Made by a program: the position numbers and the translations under genes. DNA of 64,000 nucleotides from Antedon mediterranea. Its lineage: Eukaryota; Animalia; Echinodermata. The stretch spans positions 3,184,101 through 3,248,100 of the forward strand of contig NC_092677.1 in NCBI RefSeq assembly GCF_964355755.1, given 5' to 3'. This document shows positions 63,011-64,000 of this stretch, in pieces. Position 1 is the first letter of the stretch, and every line of letters begins with the position of its first letter. The notes under the pieces were generated by a model. It made no database searches and was not told where the DNA came from. It saw only the letters and a program-made list of their open reading frames with translations.

Positions 63011-63702
63011 ATGGATTTTGATATTAATGATTTGGAACCAAAAGGTTAGTTCAGTTTTATATTTACTTTTTAGTTAGGCCTAAGCTAAACGTTTAGTACT
63101 GACTGACAGATTATTCTTTTATTTTCAATCTTTCAGGTCCAATTCCTACCGAGACGGAATTAGCTCGACTTCTTTGTGACCGCACGTTCGTCGACTATTT
63201 CAATATATTTCTATCATTACCGGTAATTTGATTGTAGTTAATAAATGTTTGAAATTCGATAGGCCTATCATATCAATATTCATACTGTATTAGGATTGGC
63301 ATGTATAGTCTATCACTAGCCTAGGCCTAGATTCTTTCATTTCACAATTTATTTTCTTTAAGATTTTTGCTCAACGGTTGTTATATCGTTTCTCGGAGCA
63401 TGTATTTGAGCTTGACCCTCCTTTAAAACGAACTCAATACGTAAGTAATATATGTAAAATATAGGCAAGGATAAGGTGCAGTACTGTAAATAAAATTACT
63501 TAAAAAAAAAAAAATATTATTATTATTCGAACTTTATAAATAATGTTTAAGCGTTTAGATCGAGTGAAGTTGATGAGATGGGTGAGAACGCATCGTGCTC
63601 CACTATTCTTCAAGACAGACCTCTATCTACATTACATTCTGTGTAAGCATCTACTAAAGACACATTTATACCAACCAACTCATGCAATTACTACTGAATA
63701 TG
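63011..63702 (+). CDS. RGSL1/RGS22-like regulator of G-protein signalling, first four exons (continues beyond the window)
   Basis: Exons 63011-63044, 63137-63222, 63363-63440 and 63552-63702 are in phase. FVDYFNIFLSLPIFAQ and WVRTHRAPLFFKTDLYLHYILCK resemble the RGSL1/RGS22 N-terminus (FNxFLSLP; RLPxFxKTxLxxHYILC). Confidence 0.75.
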
Positions 63703-64000
63703 GTAAGTAAAAATTAACGTAGTAAGGCCAATTTACACAGTAACCGGAAAAAAACAAAATATAGAATCTATGTTATTTATTATACCATTTAGGCCTACAC
63801 AAAACAGGAAAGATACAAACACTACGATCGGTACAAGCTCTCGGTTTTCCGCTTACGGTCACCGCTCATATGTGTAAATTGGCTTAATCTAACCTTCTCT
63901 TTGAGAGTGGAATTTTGTCATGACAAACTTCCTAACCACTGACAGAAATTGAACCAATGACTGCGGTATTAGTAGTCGAGCATCTTAACGACCAAACCGC

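Overview
This is AT-rich, intron-rich animal genomic DNA, probably a marine invertebrate deuterostome such as an echinoderm (an inference from gene similarity and repeat types). I reconstructed five spliced genes by hand, and the splice phases join in frame throughout. They are a small ALP/ZASP-type (PDLIM-like) LIM gene (+, ~9.4-14.9 kb), EDC4 (-, 23 coding exons), TSNAXIP1 (+, 16 exons, head-to-head with EDC4), a GGCT-family gene (-) and the 5' end of an RGSL1/RGS22-like gene (+). The long ORFs in the supplied track are mostly artefacts of tandem repeats. Repeats include a 5.6-kb satellite built from hairpins, several minisatellites, tRNA-derived SINEs, LINE relics, a Helentron-type non-autonomous element and several MITE families. 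The most interesting signal is in the GGCT gene, which has two tandem, homologous, in-frame last exons. One keeps the catalytic QEG motif. The other replaces the catalytic Glu with Leu and ends in a polybasic CaaX box (RKKTRKCIVL), suggesting a splice switch between a soluble enzyme and a prenylated pseudoenzyme. Gene identities come from remembered family motifs; no database search was run.
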